The position numbers and the translations under genes were made by a program. Source: Ignavibacteriota bacterium (GTDB taxonomy: Bacteria; Bacteroidota; Ignavibacteria; UBA10030; CAVZMI01). From it: DNA of 64,000 bases. The stretch spans positions 1-64,000 of the forward strand of contig CAVZMI010000014.1 of the NCBI GenBank assembly GCA_963776275.1. The letters are read 5' to 3'. Shown here in pieces: positions 1 through 10,995 of this stretch (position 1 is the stretch's first letter; each line of letters starts with the position of its first letter). A model generated the notes under the pieces. It had not been told where the DNA came from and made no database searches. It saw only the letters and a list, made by a program, of their open reading frames with translations.

Positions 1-2021
1 GAATGATAACCGGGATACCGCGGAAATATCTTCCGGACCATGGAAAGTTGTCAATCGTTATGGTATTGATGAGAAGTTTGCCATTCCCTGAAATATGAAC
101 GGCCAGATTTGCTTGTCCGGAAAGTCCGAAATAGTTCTGGATCTGTTGACGGAGAATGGATGGTCGTCGTTCAGCAAAAGCTCTTACAGAATCTACATTA
201 GTGTTCCATTGCCGTCACGGTGTTATTCCATTTTGCTACGTCCGCCGGGATTTCAGCCTCAATATGATCGGCCAGAGAATCGATTATTGCTATCACATTT
301 TCAGGTAAGAATGTTGTATTCAGAAGATCGGATATCCTGTTGATGAACTTGATTCTGTACGATTGATTCTGCAGTAATTTTTTCGTGATAAGCGTATCGA
401 GATAGGTATCGATGGGATTATACCGCGTGGTAAATCCGTTCCAATTAACTTCGGAATAGGAGCGATCCGGATCCCATATCGTCCATTCCCATCGTCCATT
501 TTCGGTTTTCTGACGGTAAGCGAAAGTACCATAAGCATACGACTTGTACTCGGTGGCGTGAATTAACGCCAGCAGGTCCGTATAATTGTCAAGATCGAGA
601 AGTTGGGAAGCTTCGGTGATCTTCGAGTCGCTGACAAACGAGTTCCCCCGGAACAACGTAACTACATCATCCCATTTGACCCTGTCTCCGTGTACAGTCT
701 CGAGCGAATCCCAGCGTGTGCGAAAGATATCGACATCGGTATATCCCGTATGATCGCGTATGTATGTCTCGCTAATACTTTCTTTGAGATCGTAAATACC
801 GTGGTAGTTATTGTTGAGATACAGAACGGCAAAACGATCGCAGGGAGAAAGTTCGCCCATCGTTCGCCAGAGCTTGCCAACCAGCGGATCCCGGATGAGC
901 GTCCCTTTATACTGTAACGGTTCCATGTCATCATCGTATCCGGAGCGAAGGACAAGTTCCGAGAATGAAGTGACGGGGTCACCGGGGAACAATGGATAAA
1001 CCAACCTCTCACTGCCATACCCCTTCCGGAAATATGCTCGTAACGATTTTTTATTGTAACCAACCGGTCCCGTGTTGCCCTGAAGCCGCAATCCCGCGGG
1101 GATATGGAAAGCAAGCAATCCATTGTCAAAATATTCCAGCTCACCGAATCGTTCCCATGCACGGCCGTCCCGGTCATTTACATAAATTCCTGTGACCGGA
1201 TCATAAAGGTTTTTAGGATCGGTGATGAGGGTAAGAACCGGCAGGGTGTGTGTGGTCAGGAAAAAAGCCTTTGAAGTTATTTGGCTCGGCATTGAACCCG
1301 ATCGGAACGATCTTGCTTTGACGATCGGAGTCTGAGTTATCCCGATGGGTGATGTGTACTGTGGTGATTCTTCACCGGGATCGGAACCATTTAGCGTATA
1401 ACGAATTGTATCGCCCGCGGCAGCAGGTTGAATGGAAACAGATACGTTGTTATAAAAACCCGCTTCCTGATCTATTGTCGGAGGTAATACGAATGTAATG
1501 AAACCTTGTTTGTTGGATGCGCCTGGAGTGAAACTGGGCATATACATCCATTGTTCTCCGCCATCGGGGAATCTTCCATACGAAATATCACGGAATTGAT
1601 GTCCATAGGATAACGAATCAAGTATCGTCGTACCATCTATATCAATCAATACGATCTTCCCATGGTCACTACTTAGCTTGAAACCAAGGTGATTTGCTCC
1701 AAGTTCTGTCATTTTATCTGCAAACAATACCAGATATCCTTTTGCAGAAATCGTTGTCCTTGATGGCTGTCCGCCTGGAACTTGCCAGTAAGTATTTGTA
1801 TCAAGATCGCCTGTTAAATAGAAACCGGCCAGGTCAATAGCTGTGTTACTGGAATTATAAATTTCTATCCAATCAGCGTAATCGCCATTGGTATTTTCAT
1901 AGGCGAGGACATTTGAAGTCATGAACTCGTTAATCCACAAAGGCGAGTGCTGGGCAAATGCTGCATTCAGAAATGTGAGGGAAAAAATTATATGAAGAGA
2001 AAAATATTTTACCGTCAACAT
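1..2021 (-). CDS. CotH kinase-family secreted protein (lamin-tail domain + Fn3/chitobiase-like + CotH domain); frameshift near 210, continues past the window start
   Basis: Signal peptide; LTD motif INEFMTSN...DWIEIYN; IRYTLNGSDP; CotH motifs LRLQGN, KKSLR, YLNNNYHGIY, WDPD. After the TAA at 198-200 another frame continues with CotH-like sequence WNTNVDSVRAFAERRPSILRQQIQNYFGL...FPWSGRYFRG to position 1. Confidence 0.8.
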
Positions 2022-2098
2022 TCAAGCGCTCCTTCAATAACCGATGGCTTCGATATCCAAAGCACTCCTTGAGAACCTGATGTCTTACCCTCTCATTA

Positions 2099-2348
2099 CT
2101 ACTTGATTAATACCATGCTCTTGGTTTCAGTAAAGTTCTCTGTGCTTAAGCGATAGAAATAGACTCCGCTTGACAAGTCTGTTGCATCAAATGATGCTTC
2201 ATAGTTGCCTGCTGCTTTTCTCTCATTGTCCACAAGTGTTGTGATCTCGCGTCCCGTGGGATCATACACTTTCAGTGTGACGGTGCTTGCCCGCGGCAGG
2301 GAGTACGAGATCGTGGTATGCGGATTGAACGGATTCGGATAGTTCTGA
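2099..2348. repeat. Near-identical T9SS CTD-coding direct repeat, copy 1 (copy 2 at 4291-4540)
   Basis: Long identical runs, e.g. TCTGTGCTTAAGCGATAGAAATAGACTCCGCTTGACAAGTCTGTTGCATCAAATGAT, in both copies, with scattered substitutions. Confidence 0.9.
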
Positions 2349-4075
2349 TATAATTCAAACTGATTAACAACGCCGATGCTTCGATCGCTTTTCATGGCCA
2401 GCATGTGCTCGCCGGGTTCTATCAATATATATTGCACGGATCGGGGGGGCGATATGAACCTGATTTCATCACCTATGGAATAAGCCCACGCGGGTATTTC
2501 CTCCAGATCTTTGATCGGCCCACCGGTTGCATTAGTCGGACCGTTTTCATTTACGTACACTGCCTGTGAAAAATCGCCGTTATCGCTGCCGCCTTTCAGT
2601 GAATACACGTAATACCGTTCGCCGAAGCCGTAATACATCGGCTCCAATTTCACGACCTGTTCAGTCGTCCCTTTGTTTACGACAACAACGCCGGCATGGC
2701 CGGAAAAGAACCTGGACGCATAGGCAAGTACCTTGCTGCTCCCCGTAACGGCCGAACTTACAATGTGATCCCCAAAACATTTCTGAAAATAGTACATGTA
2801 AAAGAAAGGGGGACGCGGATTCCATTTGGGCACGCCGCCGGGCTCATCGCCATTGTTGAACATGCCTTGATCGTTTCCGTTGTCATACCCGTTGGCCAGA
2901 TCCCACCGGCTCGACATGCTGTATCCGTTCTTCGCCAGTTCTCCCAGTACGATAGCGGAGTGCATACCGTTAATGAATGAACACGCCTGTTTGGATCCTA
3001 TGGCAAAAATGTTCCACTCGGTAAGAGCGATCGGCTTTAATAGCACTTCGTTATCACTGGTGGTTTTTTTCATGTACCGCATCATATTGGTCGTCCCGGC
3101 GGTAGCGGAATCCAGAATGGTTGCCGCCGAAGTATTTTCATTATAGTTAGTGTAGTATGTATGTATGATGAAAAAATCGGCTGCATCGCCTGCCTGACTG
3201 AAGAAGCCGCTGTTCCACGTTCGTTCTGGTATATTCCAGGAGTAGCGTGTGTCATACTGCATCAACTGTGCGCCGATATATATAATAACACCGACTTCAT
3301 CTGCTGCCTTGCGCATGGAATCGGCAAACACCTTGAAATGTTTACCATAGAGTTCCCCGCTAATGATTTTAGGCTGTCCGTCTTGATTGAATGATGTGTC
3401 GATTATAAACCCGGCCTGCCAGGGTCCGTGGTTTTCGTTACCGATCTCCCAGAATTTCGTGCGTCCGTAATCGTAGCGAACCCATTCGGCGGCATAGTGT
3501 GCTGCTGCAGCAACGGGGTCGGGACCTGTTCCATATCGGGCATAACTATAATTGATGGTTATCATACCCGTGTTAGATGTCATATCGAGTATATTATAGT
3601 AATTATCTACCGAAATTGTCCAGCTGTTGATGTTTTTACCGTACCAGTAAGAAGCCGGTCCTTTGTTTCCTGTATAACCATCAACCAAGGTGTCTGGGGC
3701 ATCGGCCGGTGGTGAACCGGGGAGTGCGTCCCAGAAGAAAATACTGCTCAAATTACCACCCGGGAAACGAATTACCCTGGGTGATAGTAGGGTGATATAT
3801 GTGATTAAATCTGGCTGGTCGACCATTTGTGTCATGTAGGTATTTGCATTGTTGCCGTAGATATACTTGGATACCTTTCCAAGTGTATCGTGGGCATTGA
3901 ATGTAACCGTGACGGTTGGTGTTGACGTTGTTTTTACCTTTACCTGATATGGAGGAAGAGTAGCGAACTTCACCTCAAAATCTTCAAGAAAACCATTCCC
4001 ACTATCCTGTCCGAAAAGTGGGAACGCTGCAAACAGCCACATACCGCTGACCAGCAAACGGTAACCAATTTTCAT
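2099..4075 (-). CDS. Secreted clan GH-A glycoside hydrolase (GH44/GH51/GH79-like, family unresolved) with T9SS type-A CTD
   Basis: Signal peptide; RFPGG; acid/base motif WEIGNE; nucleophile motif IALTEWN; C-terminal QNYPNPFNP...SGVYFYRL...KSMVLIK. Confidence 0.7.
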   Translation of the reverse strand: MKIGYRLLVSGMWLFAAFPLFGQDSGNGFLEDFEVKFATLPPYQVKVKTTSTPTVTVTFNAHDTLGKVSKYIYGNNANTYMTQMVDQPDLITYITLLSPRVIRFPGGNLSSIFFWDALPGSPPADAPDTLVDGYTGNKGPASYWYGKNINSWTISVDNYYNILDMTSNTGMITINYSYARYGTGPDPVAAAAHYAAEWVRYDYGRTKFWEIGNENHGPWQAGFIIDTSFNQDGQPKIISGELYGKHFKVFADSMRKAADEVGVIIYIGAQLMQYDTRYSWNIPERTWNSGFFSQAGDAADFFIIHTYYTNYNENTSAATILDSATAGTTNMMRYMKKTTSDNEVLLKPIALTEWNIFAIGSKQACSFINGMHSAIVLGELAKNGYSMSSRWDLANGYDNGNDQGMFNNGDEPGGVPKWNPRPPFFYMYYFQKCFGDHIVSSAVTGSSKVLAYASRFFSGHAGVVVVNKGTTEQVVKLEPMYYGFGERYYVYSLKGGSDNGDFSQAVYVNENGPTNATGGPIKDLEEIPAWAYSIGDEIRFISPPRSVQYILIEPGEHMLAMKSDRSIGVVNQFELYQNYPNPFNPHTTISYSLPRASTVTLKVYDPTGREITTLVDNERKAAGNYEASFDATDLSSGVYFYRLSTENFTETKSMVLIK

Positions 4076-4091
4076 ATCTCATCCTTTCTTA

Positions 4092-4282
4092 CCTTTACCG
4101 GTGATCCTGAAATGAATTAAATTTTCTGCGTATGGCACTAAAGTTCCTTCTTCATCCAAAACCTTTATGGTATTAAAGGAAATATCTTTGTCGTCTACCT
4201 TAATCACATTTGTATCCGCCTAAAGAATCTTCTTTGGAGGACTCCCGGCTGTCTTGATTTCCCGGATCAGAATTTCATTCCC
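4092..4282 (-). pseudogene. Degenerate duplicate fragment of the GH2 C-terminal region (matches 5883-6073)
   Basis: Colinear match at offset 1791 (GGCACTAAAGTTCCTTCTTCATCCAAAAC, GGACTCCCGGCTGTCTTGA). CAG of the GH2 is TAG at 4220-4222 in the copy. Confidence 0.85.
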
Positions 4283-4290
4283 TCGAGTTG

Positions 4291-5640
4291 CTACTTAATT
4301 AATACCATACTTTTAACTTCAGTAAAATTCTCTGTGCTTAAGCGATAGAAATAGACTCCGCTTGACAAGTCTGTTGCATCAAATGATACTTCATAGTTGC
4401 CTGCTGCTTTTCTCTCATTGTCAATAAGTGTCGCGATCTCGCGTCCCGTGGGATCATAAATTCTCAAAGTGACACTGCTTGCCCGCGGCAGGGAGTAAGA
4501 GATCGTAGTCTGCGGATTGAACGGATTCGGATAGTTCTGACTCAAGGAATACCGGCCTGGGATTTTATCGGTTTGATTTATTCCGGATGCCTCCTTCGGT
4601 GTTCGAAAAGTTCTCTGTGATGTGCTCGAGGTTGTATCAATTCCATCTGTTGCCTTGACAGACCATGTGTAGTAGGTAAGGGGGAGAAGACATTTGCTCG
4701 CATCAAAGTATAGACTATCGTCAAATAATTGTGTAATTGTTGTGTCTAAATTTGAGCCGGAAAGGTGGAAGATATATTCAACAGGATCGGCATTACCATC
4801 GACAGATGTCTGCCATCGGAATGGAATACCCCATGAAGTTAATGATTTATTGTTTGAAGGATATATCAGATTAAAGGGAGTGGGTGCAAAATTATCCGTG
4901 AAAGAACCCGGTATGACCGTAGCCGAGTACTCAAGCGTCGCAAGTCCCTGTCCGTTGCGCCATAACTCAAAGCCCGCTTCCATATTATGGAGATACCAGG
5001 TGGTATATATATATCCGCGTGTCAGGGCGTCACGGAGGAAATCTTTCAGATCGAGGCTGACGCTGTCGGTTGGGACGGTCAATTTATATGCGATATAATT
5101 CCAGTCCCATAAAGCATAATAGACTTCCCAGTTGCGTCCTCCGATCTCCACAGTGCCTTGTAATGAGCCTCCCGGACCGGCACCGCCGCCGTAGTTGATC
5201 CAGATCATCAATTCGGCTTTGTAATTGGACCCCGTTGATAAATCACTGAAAAAGGATTCATAAGCACAGTTATAGGTGCCGGAGACGCCGGTTGTATCGA
5301 TGATCCATGTGAATGGCGCGCTGTCGATTTCGTCAATCCTTATAGGCATTGGATTGTTTTTTGTGGTGCCCGTACCCCAGTGGTTACCTTTGTAAATGGC
5401 AGGATAAGCAGCCGGAGTACCACCTGTGTTGTTGTGTTCGGATAGAACTACTCTAAAGTAGGTTCCATTCAAATCCACCTCCAGACTCTGTGCAGTTGAT
5501 GCTCCCCATACATTGTTCATTACATTGTATTCTCCTCCCATGACTGATGTTGAATTCGGTGCAGGAAGTGGGGTGTACTGAGCAGTCAGGCCCAGGGGAA
5601 GGAAGGAGAATACCAGACCAATCAAAAATTCTTTTTTCAT
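4291..5640 (-). CDS. GH12 endoglucanase/xyloglucanase with Fn3/Ig-like linker and T9SS type-A CTD
   Basis: GH12 motifs YNVMNNVWGA, AELMIWIN, MEAGFELW; CTD QNYPNPFNP. Start placed at ATG 5640 (MKKEFLIG signal peptide) rather than the track's 5718. Confidence 0.88.
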   Translation of the reverse strand: MKKEFLIGLVFSFLPLGLTAQYTPLPAPNSTSVMGGEYNVMNNVWGASTAQSLEVDLNGTYFRVVLSEHNNTGGTPAAYPAIYKGNHWGTGTTKNNPMPIRIDEIDSAPFTWIIDTTGVSGTYNCAYESFFSDLSTGSNYKAELMIWINYGGGAGPGGSLQGTVEIGGRNWEVYYALWDWNYIAYKLTVPTDSVSLDLKDFLRDALTRGYIYTTWYLHNMEAGFELWRNGQGLATLEYSATVIPGSFTDNFAPTPFNLIYPSNNKSLTSWGIPFRWQTSVDGNADPVEYIFHLSGSNLDTTITQLFDDSLYFDASKCLLPLTYYTWSVKATDGIDTTSSTSQRTFRTPKEASGINQTDKIPGRYSLSQNYPNPFNPQTTISYSLPRASSVTLRIYDPTGREIATLIDNERKAAGNYEVSFDATDLSSGVYFYRLSTENFTEVKSMVLIK

Positions 5641-5698
5641 TGTAGGTTCCTTTATTTTGACCATGCGGTTTTTATATCGCCGCATTTCTTGAATCGGT

Positions 5699-8151
5699 TC
5701 ACTTTGAGTCAATGACAATTGTCGCTTCCTTCAAACCGTCTGATTTTGCGCTTAGGATAATCCGGCCGGCTTTTTCATTGGACTGTATCACAGCCAAACA
5801 CAGACCGTTAAATGCTTTACGGTAATTTGCCTTGAAAGATTCGTCGCTTGTCTGGAGACCGTTGTCGACACCGATAATCCTTCCTTCGCCGGTAATACTG
5901 AATTGAATTATATTATCGGCATGGGGCACTAAAGTTCCTTCTTCATCCAAAACTTTTACGGTAATAAATGAAAGATCTTTGCCGTCTGCCTTAATCACAT
6001 TTCTATCGGCCTGAAGAAATATCTTTGCGGGACTCCCGGCTGTCTTGACTTCCTGTGTCAGAATTTCTTTCCCGTTGGTGCGGCCGATGGCTTTCAAAAT
6101 GCCGGGTGTAAAAGGCAATCGCCACATCATATGTAGATCATCGCCGTTTTTTTTCTTGGAACCAAACGACTTGCCGTTCAATAATAATTCGACCTCTTTA
6201 CAATTGGTATAAGCCCATACATCGATCGTATCTCCGTTATTCCAGTTCCAATGAGGAAAAACATGCAATACAGGTTTGTTTGTCCACTCGCTCTGGTACA
6301 TATAATAAGCATCTTTCGGGAAACCCGCCAGATCCACGATGCCGAAATAAGAACTGCGGGATGGCCAGCCGTAAGGTGTGGGTTCTCCGAGATAATCAAA
6401 ACCGGTCCAGATATACATACCGGATAGGAAATCGTATTTCTTCATGATCTTCCATGTTTCTTCGTGAGTAGAACCCCATGGTGCACTGCAATTATCGTAT
6501 GACGAGCACGTCTGATCTGCATTTCCATAAACGAGGGGTAGATCCCACCGGGGTGGCCATCGCCGGATGCTGTCTGAAGGCATGTCATAACTCCCGCGTG
6601 TGGCCAGGGCCGATATGGTTTCGGTGGCGATGAATTTCTTTCCCGGATATTTTTTGGGAAACTCAGGATATGTTTTCTGAGCGTAATTATATCCGATCAA
6701 ATCGAGAGCACCCGAACGAATGATCGGATTCAACGTGTCCTGGTCGTTGCATGCCGAAGTAATCGGTCGGGTTGTATCGAGAGATTTGATAATTTCCGCT
6801 AATTCTCTGGCAATCACTGTACCGCTGCTGTCTTTCTTGTCCCATTGTTCGCTGACTTCATTTCCGATACTCCAGATAAAAACGCTGGGATGATTCCGGT
6901 CGCGTAACACCATATCATGCAGATCCTGCCGATGCCATTTTTCCCAATCCATTGAATAGTCGAAATCGGTTTTCTTCTTTTTCCACATATCGAATGCTTC
7001 ATCCATTACGATGAATCCCATCCGGTCGCATAAATCCAGAAGCTCCGGAGCCGGCGGGTTGTGAGAGGTTCGGATTCCGTTGACACCCATCTCCTTCATG
7101 ATTTCGAGCTGACGCTCCAGCGCGCGGTTGTTGATCGCTGCTCCAAGATATCCCAGATCGTGATGGTTGCACACGCCTTTGATCTTTATCGGTTTGCCGT
7201 TTAAAAAAAAGCCTTTATCGACATCGAAAGTAAATGTACGGATGCCGAAATTCGTTTTATAGTCATCGCACACACGGCCGCCAGCTTCAATCGTTGTGAC
7301 AGTTTTATAAAGGTGTGGATTTTCAACCGACCACAACACAGGATTCTCGATGGTCAATTCCTGAAAGATATCGCAGGCCGAATCTTTCGATACCACGCTC
7401 TTTGACTCTGCGGCAGCGATTTTCTTGCCTGTCCTGTCGAGCACGACTGTTTTCAGTGTTATTTGTTGATTCTTTATCGACGCATTCCGTACTTTAGTCC
7501 GACCGATATCTTAGCAAACCGCCCGGTCACTTCCGGCGTCGTGATAAAAGTCCCCCAGTGATCCACGAAGATCTTTCCGGTAGTCACCAGCCATACATTC
7601 CTATAAATTCCCGAACCGGAGTACCAGCGTGAATTGGGCTGTTGTGAATTGTCAACCTTGACTGCAAGCACATTCTTGTCTTTCCCATACTTCAGGAACG
7701 GAGTCAACTCGTACTGGAACGATATATACCCATACGGACGCTTCCCGAGAAAATGGTCGTTGATCCACACTTCACTGTTTTTGTAGATACCGTCGAACTC
7801 GATAAAAACCAGTCGTCCTTTTTCAGACTCCGACAAGGTAAAATTCTTGCGATACCACCCGATACCTCCCGGCAAAGCGCCGCCTCCGGGAGTTGCCGGA
7901 TGCTTCTCGCTGAATTCCCCTTCGATACTCCAGTCGTGAGGTAAATTAAGTTCACGCCACCGGGAATCATCGAGGCTGGGTTTCTGACCGTTTGGGATGT
8001 TGCCCAGATTAAATTTCCAATTCCTACAAATATTTTCGGTTCTTCTGAGATCCGATGAAAAAGCTGCATGCGAGATTAAAAAAAGAACTGAGAAAGTGAA
8101 AAAATAAAAGTAGAGGAACCGACTTCCAGTTTTTTGTTTTGGTATGGTCAT
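5699..8151 (-). CDS. GH2 beta-galactosidase, split by a 1-nt frameshift near 7500
   Basis: N-part 7474-8151 (LPHDWSIE, GWYRK, SRWYSGSGIYR) and C-part 5699-7444 (RTSHNPP, WSIGNE, IWTGFDYLGEP). Adding one base at ~7500 gives a continuous ...ISVRTKVRNASIKNQQITLKTVVLDR. Confidence 0.88.
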
Positions 8152-8212
8152 AGGTCATCTTTCCTTAATATTTTAAAAGGCTATATTCTGTTATCGCAGT
8201 ACTTGACTATTG

Positions 8213-10636
8213 CTATGAACCAGATTCTACTGCATTGTAAAGATTTTTATCCAGATGCACCGATTTGCCGGTCTTAAGACGGAGTTTGACGCTCTGTTGT
8301 CCATAACGTACTCTGCAATCAACCCCCGTAATGCTCTTGATCGTTGCATGATTAAGTTTACCCTGCTCCCATGCAATGTCAACCTCAAAGCCGCCTCTGG
8401 CTCTCAGTCCCTTAACATTACCTGTAGGCCAAGCTATTGGTAATGCAGGAAGCAGATGAATCTCGCCGGTGTGTGATTGCAATAGCATTTCAGTAATACC
8501 GGATGTCGCCCCAAAATTTCCATCTATCTGGAATGGCGGGTGGGCATCGAATAAGTTGGGATAGACGCCTCCGCTGCTGCGATTGACCTCTTTAGAAAAA
8601 ACCGGCGTTAGAGCCTTTTGTAATAGCATGTACGCGTGATCGCCGTCGAGAAGTCTTGCCCAGAGGTTGATTTTCCAGGCCAGACTCCATCCCGTACCGA
8701 CATCGCCACGGAGTTCCAGTGTCCTTTTTGCTGCTGAAAATAAATCGGGTGTTTCTTGTTGAGTAATTTGATTGCTCGGATACAAACCGTAAAGATGTGA
8801 CACATGACGGTGCTGTTGTTCCGGTGCTTCTATGTCCCAATCCTCAAGCCATTCCTGCACCTGCCCAGCCTTACCGATTTGCGTCGGTGCGAGGCGCGAA
8901 CGCATAGAGGCCAGTTTTGTACTTAACTCGCTGTCGATTCCTAGAATTTTCGCGGCCTTGATGCAATGGGAAAATAGGTCACGTAGTATCTGCATGTCCA
9001 TCGTCGGCCCGGCGCAGATAGCAACGCCGCCGGGGTGGACATTTTCAGGCGAGATTGAGGGACACGTAACAAGCCAATTATGTTTCGGTTCCTCCACAAG
9101 TGTATCGACGAAGAACTGCGCGGCACCCTTCATGACAGGGTAGACTCTCGACAGAAATTTTCTGTCGCCGCTGAACTCGTAATGATTCCAGAGATGCGTA
9201 CACAGCCATGCTCCTCCTGTGGGCCAGAAACCCCACAGCGGACCGTCGATCGGTGCCGTAGCGCGCCAGAGATCTGTGTTGTGGTGACATACCCAACCGC
9301 CGGCGCCGTATTGTATTTCCGCTGTTCTGCTTCCTTGCTCGACGAGTTCTGTGACCATTCGAATCAGCGGTTCATGACATTCCGAAAGGTTTGTGGATTC
9401 TGCAGGCCAGTAGTTCATCTCGGTGTTGATATTGACCGTGTATTTGCATTCCCACGGTGGTGTCATGGACTCGTTCCACAGTCCTTGCAGATTTGCAGGC
9501 TGAGTCCCCGCACGTGAAGACGAGATCAAGAGATACCGGCCGTACTGGAAGTACAATGTGGCTAATTGCGGGTCGCTGCCTTCCAGAAAATTTGTAAGCC
9601 GCTGGTCGGTGGGCAGAATCGCGGCATCGGTCGTTCCAAGGTCAAGGTGAACGCGACGAAACAGCCGCTGATGTTCTCGCACGTGGGCCTGTCGCAATTG
9701 TGCAAACTGCCTGGCAGTAGCTTTGGCCAAATACGACTTTGTCATCTCTTCCGGGTCACCGCTGACATCTTTATAGTTCCTATAACTTGTGGCGGCGGCA
9801 ATCAATAACATTACCGTATCTGCGTTGCTGACGTTTATTCTCTCTTTTTCGGCGACGGTTTTTCCGCCCTGTGCGAGTACGCGCACACGAACCTGGAATT
9901 TCAAATCACCCTTAATGCCGGAGGCTTCTCCATTCTGACCGCGCATAACCAGCGTATCGGCCGACTCCATTTCAACGGTTGCTTTTTGTGGGGTGGACAT
10001 CGCCGCGTTGAAGGTGATTTTTCCGGGACTCCCGGCCGTCAGATGAAGCACGATTACCTGATCGACGGGACTTGAAAAAATCTCGCGTGTGAAAATAATT
10101 CCGTCGTTGAGATAGGAGACTTTCGTAATCGCGGTATCAAGATCCAGTTCACGGCGGAAATCTGATGCGGCATTGTGACCGGGAAAATTCAGCAGCAGAT
10201 CGCCGACCGGTTCATAGGGCATCTGTTTGATAGGCCGTGCCATCATTTTTTCACCGATAAGATCGTGGGCTTCCTTATACTTGCCCTCGAATATCAGCCG
10301 CCGCGCTTCAGGTAGAGCTTTCAACGCATCCGGATTATTCGGCTCGTACGGTCCGCCGGCATAGAGTGTGTCTTCGTTGAGCTGTATGCGTTCGTTCTCC
10401 GTACCTCCAAAGATCATTGCACCCAGGCGTCCGTTGCCGATCGGAAGGGCTTCGACCCACTCGGCAGCCGGTTTGGTGTACCAGAGTACCAAAGGACTTG
10501 GCGAGGCGGCCGGCGTGTTGCTGAGAGACAATTTCTTTCGATTGAAAACATGCGAACGGAAAAAGGGAAATGGTAACGCTGCGCCGATCAGTGCTGTGTA
10601 CTTGAGAAATTTTCGGCGACTGGTAATATGCTTCAT
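8213..10636 (-). CDS. GH95 alpha-1,2-L-fucosidase with Tat signal peptide
   Basis: Tat motif SRRKFLK; [51 protein letters not shown]. Confidence 0.93.
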   Translation of the reverse strand: MKHITSRRKFLKYTALIGAALPFPFFRSHVFNRKKLSLSNTPAASPSPLVLWYTKPAAEWVEALPIGNGRLGAMIFGGTENERIQLNEDTLYAGGPYEPNNPDALKALPEARRLIFEGKYKEAHDLIGEKMMARPIKQMPYEPVGDLLLNFPGHNAASDFRRELDLDTAITKVSYLNDGIIFTREIFSSPVDQVIVLHLTAGSPGKITFNAAMSTPQKATVEMESADTLVMRGQNGEASGIKGDLKFQVRVRVLAQGGKTVAEKERINVSNADTVMLLIAAATSYRNYKDVSGDPEEMTKSYLAKATARQFAQLRQAHVREHQRLFRRVHLDLGTTDAAILPTDQRLTNFLEGSDPQLATLYFQYGRYLLISSSRAGTQPANLQGLWNESMTPPWECKYTVNINTEMNYWPAESTNLSECHEPLIRMVTELVEQGSRTAEIQYGAGGWVCHHNTDLWRATAPIDGPLWGFWPTGGAWLCTHLWNHYEFSGDRKFLSRVYPVMKGAAQFFVDTLVEEPKHNWLVTCPSISPENVHPGGVAICAGPTMDMQILRDLFSHCIKAAKILGIDSELSTKLASMRSRLAPTQIGKAGQVQEWLEDWDIEAPEQQHRHVSHLYGLYPSNQITQQETPDLFSAAKRTLELRGDVGTGWSLAWKINLWARLLDGDHAYMLLQKALTPVFSKEVNRSSGGVYPNLFDAHPPFQIDGNFGATSGITEMLLQSHTGEIHLLPALPIAWPTGNVKGLRARGGFEVDIAWEQGKLNHATIKSITGVDCRVRYGQQSVKLRLKTGKSVHLDKNLYNAVESGS

Positions 10637-10721
10637 GTTCTAAGTTGCCAATATCAGAATATAATTAGCCGCGATGAATTCGAATTTGTTGCTACTATTG
10701 AATAAGTTATTTCTTCTTTGA

Positions 10722-10945
10722 CTACTTTGCAAAGTTGAAAGAAACTTTCATGCCGAAGTAAATCTTCCGAGGATCCAAAAACCAGAAAGTGGAAGCCTTC
10801 GGCATATCAATATAAGCTTTTTCTTCCAGAATTTTATTGATTCTTGCTGGATCTACTTCTTCCCAACTATTTCCTTGTGGATCTTTGATAGCCCGCCAGT
10901 ATCGCCCGGTTTCCTGTAATTACCCACCTTGTCACCTTCAGGATA
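10722..10945 (-). pseudogene. C-terminal remnant of a fourth TonB-dependent receptor of the same family as the three intact ones
   Basis: Not in the ORF track. Manual translation gives YPEGDKVGNYRKPG / ETGRYWRAIKDPQGNSWEEVDPARINKILEEKAYIDMPKASTFWFLDPRKIYFGMKVSFNFAK*, matching ...KAYIEMPRSSTFWFLDPRKIFFGVRLSFDFTD of 27791-31075. Confidence 0.88.
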
Positions 10946-10995
10946 ATTAATCCTTTTTTATATTGGCTGCTCTTTCGTCAAGACTGCTTGTTCTA

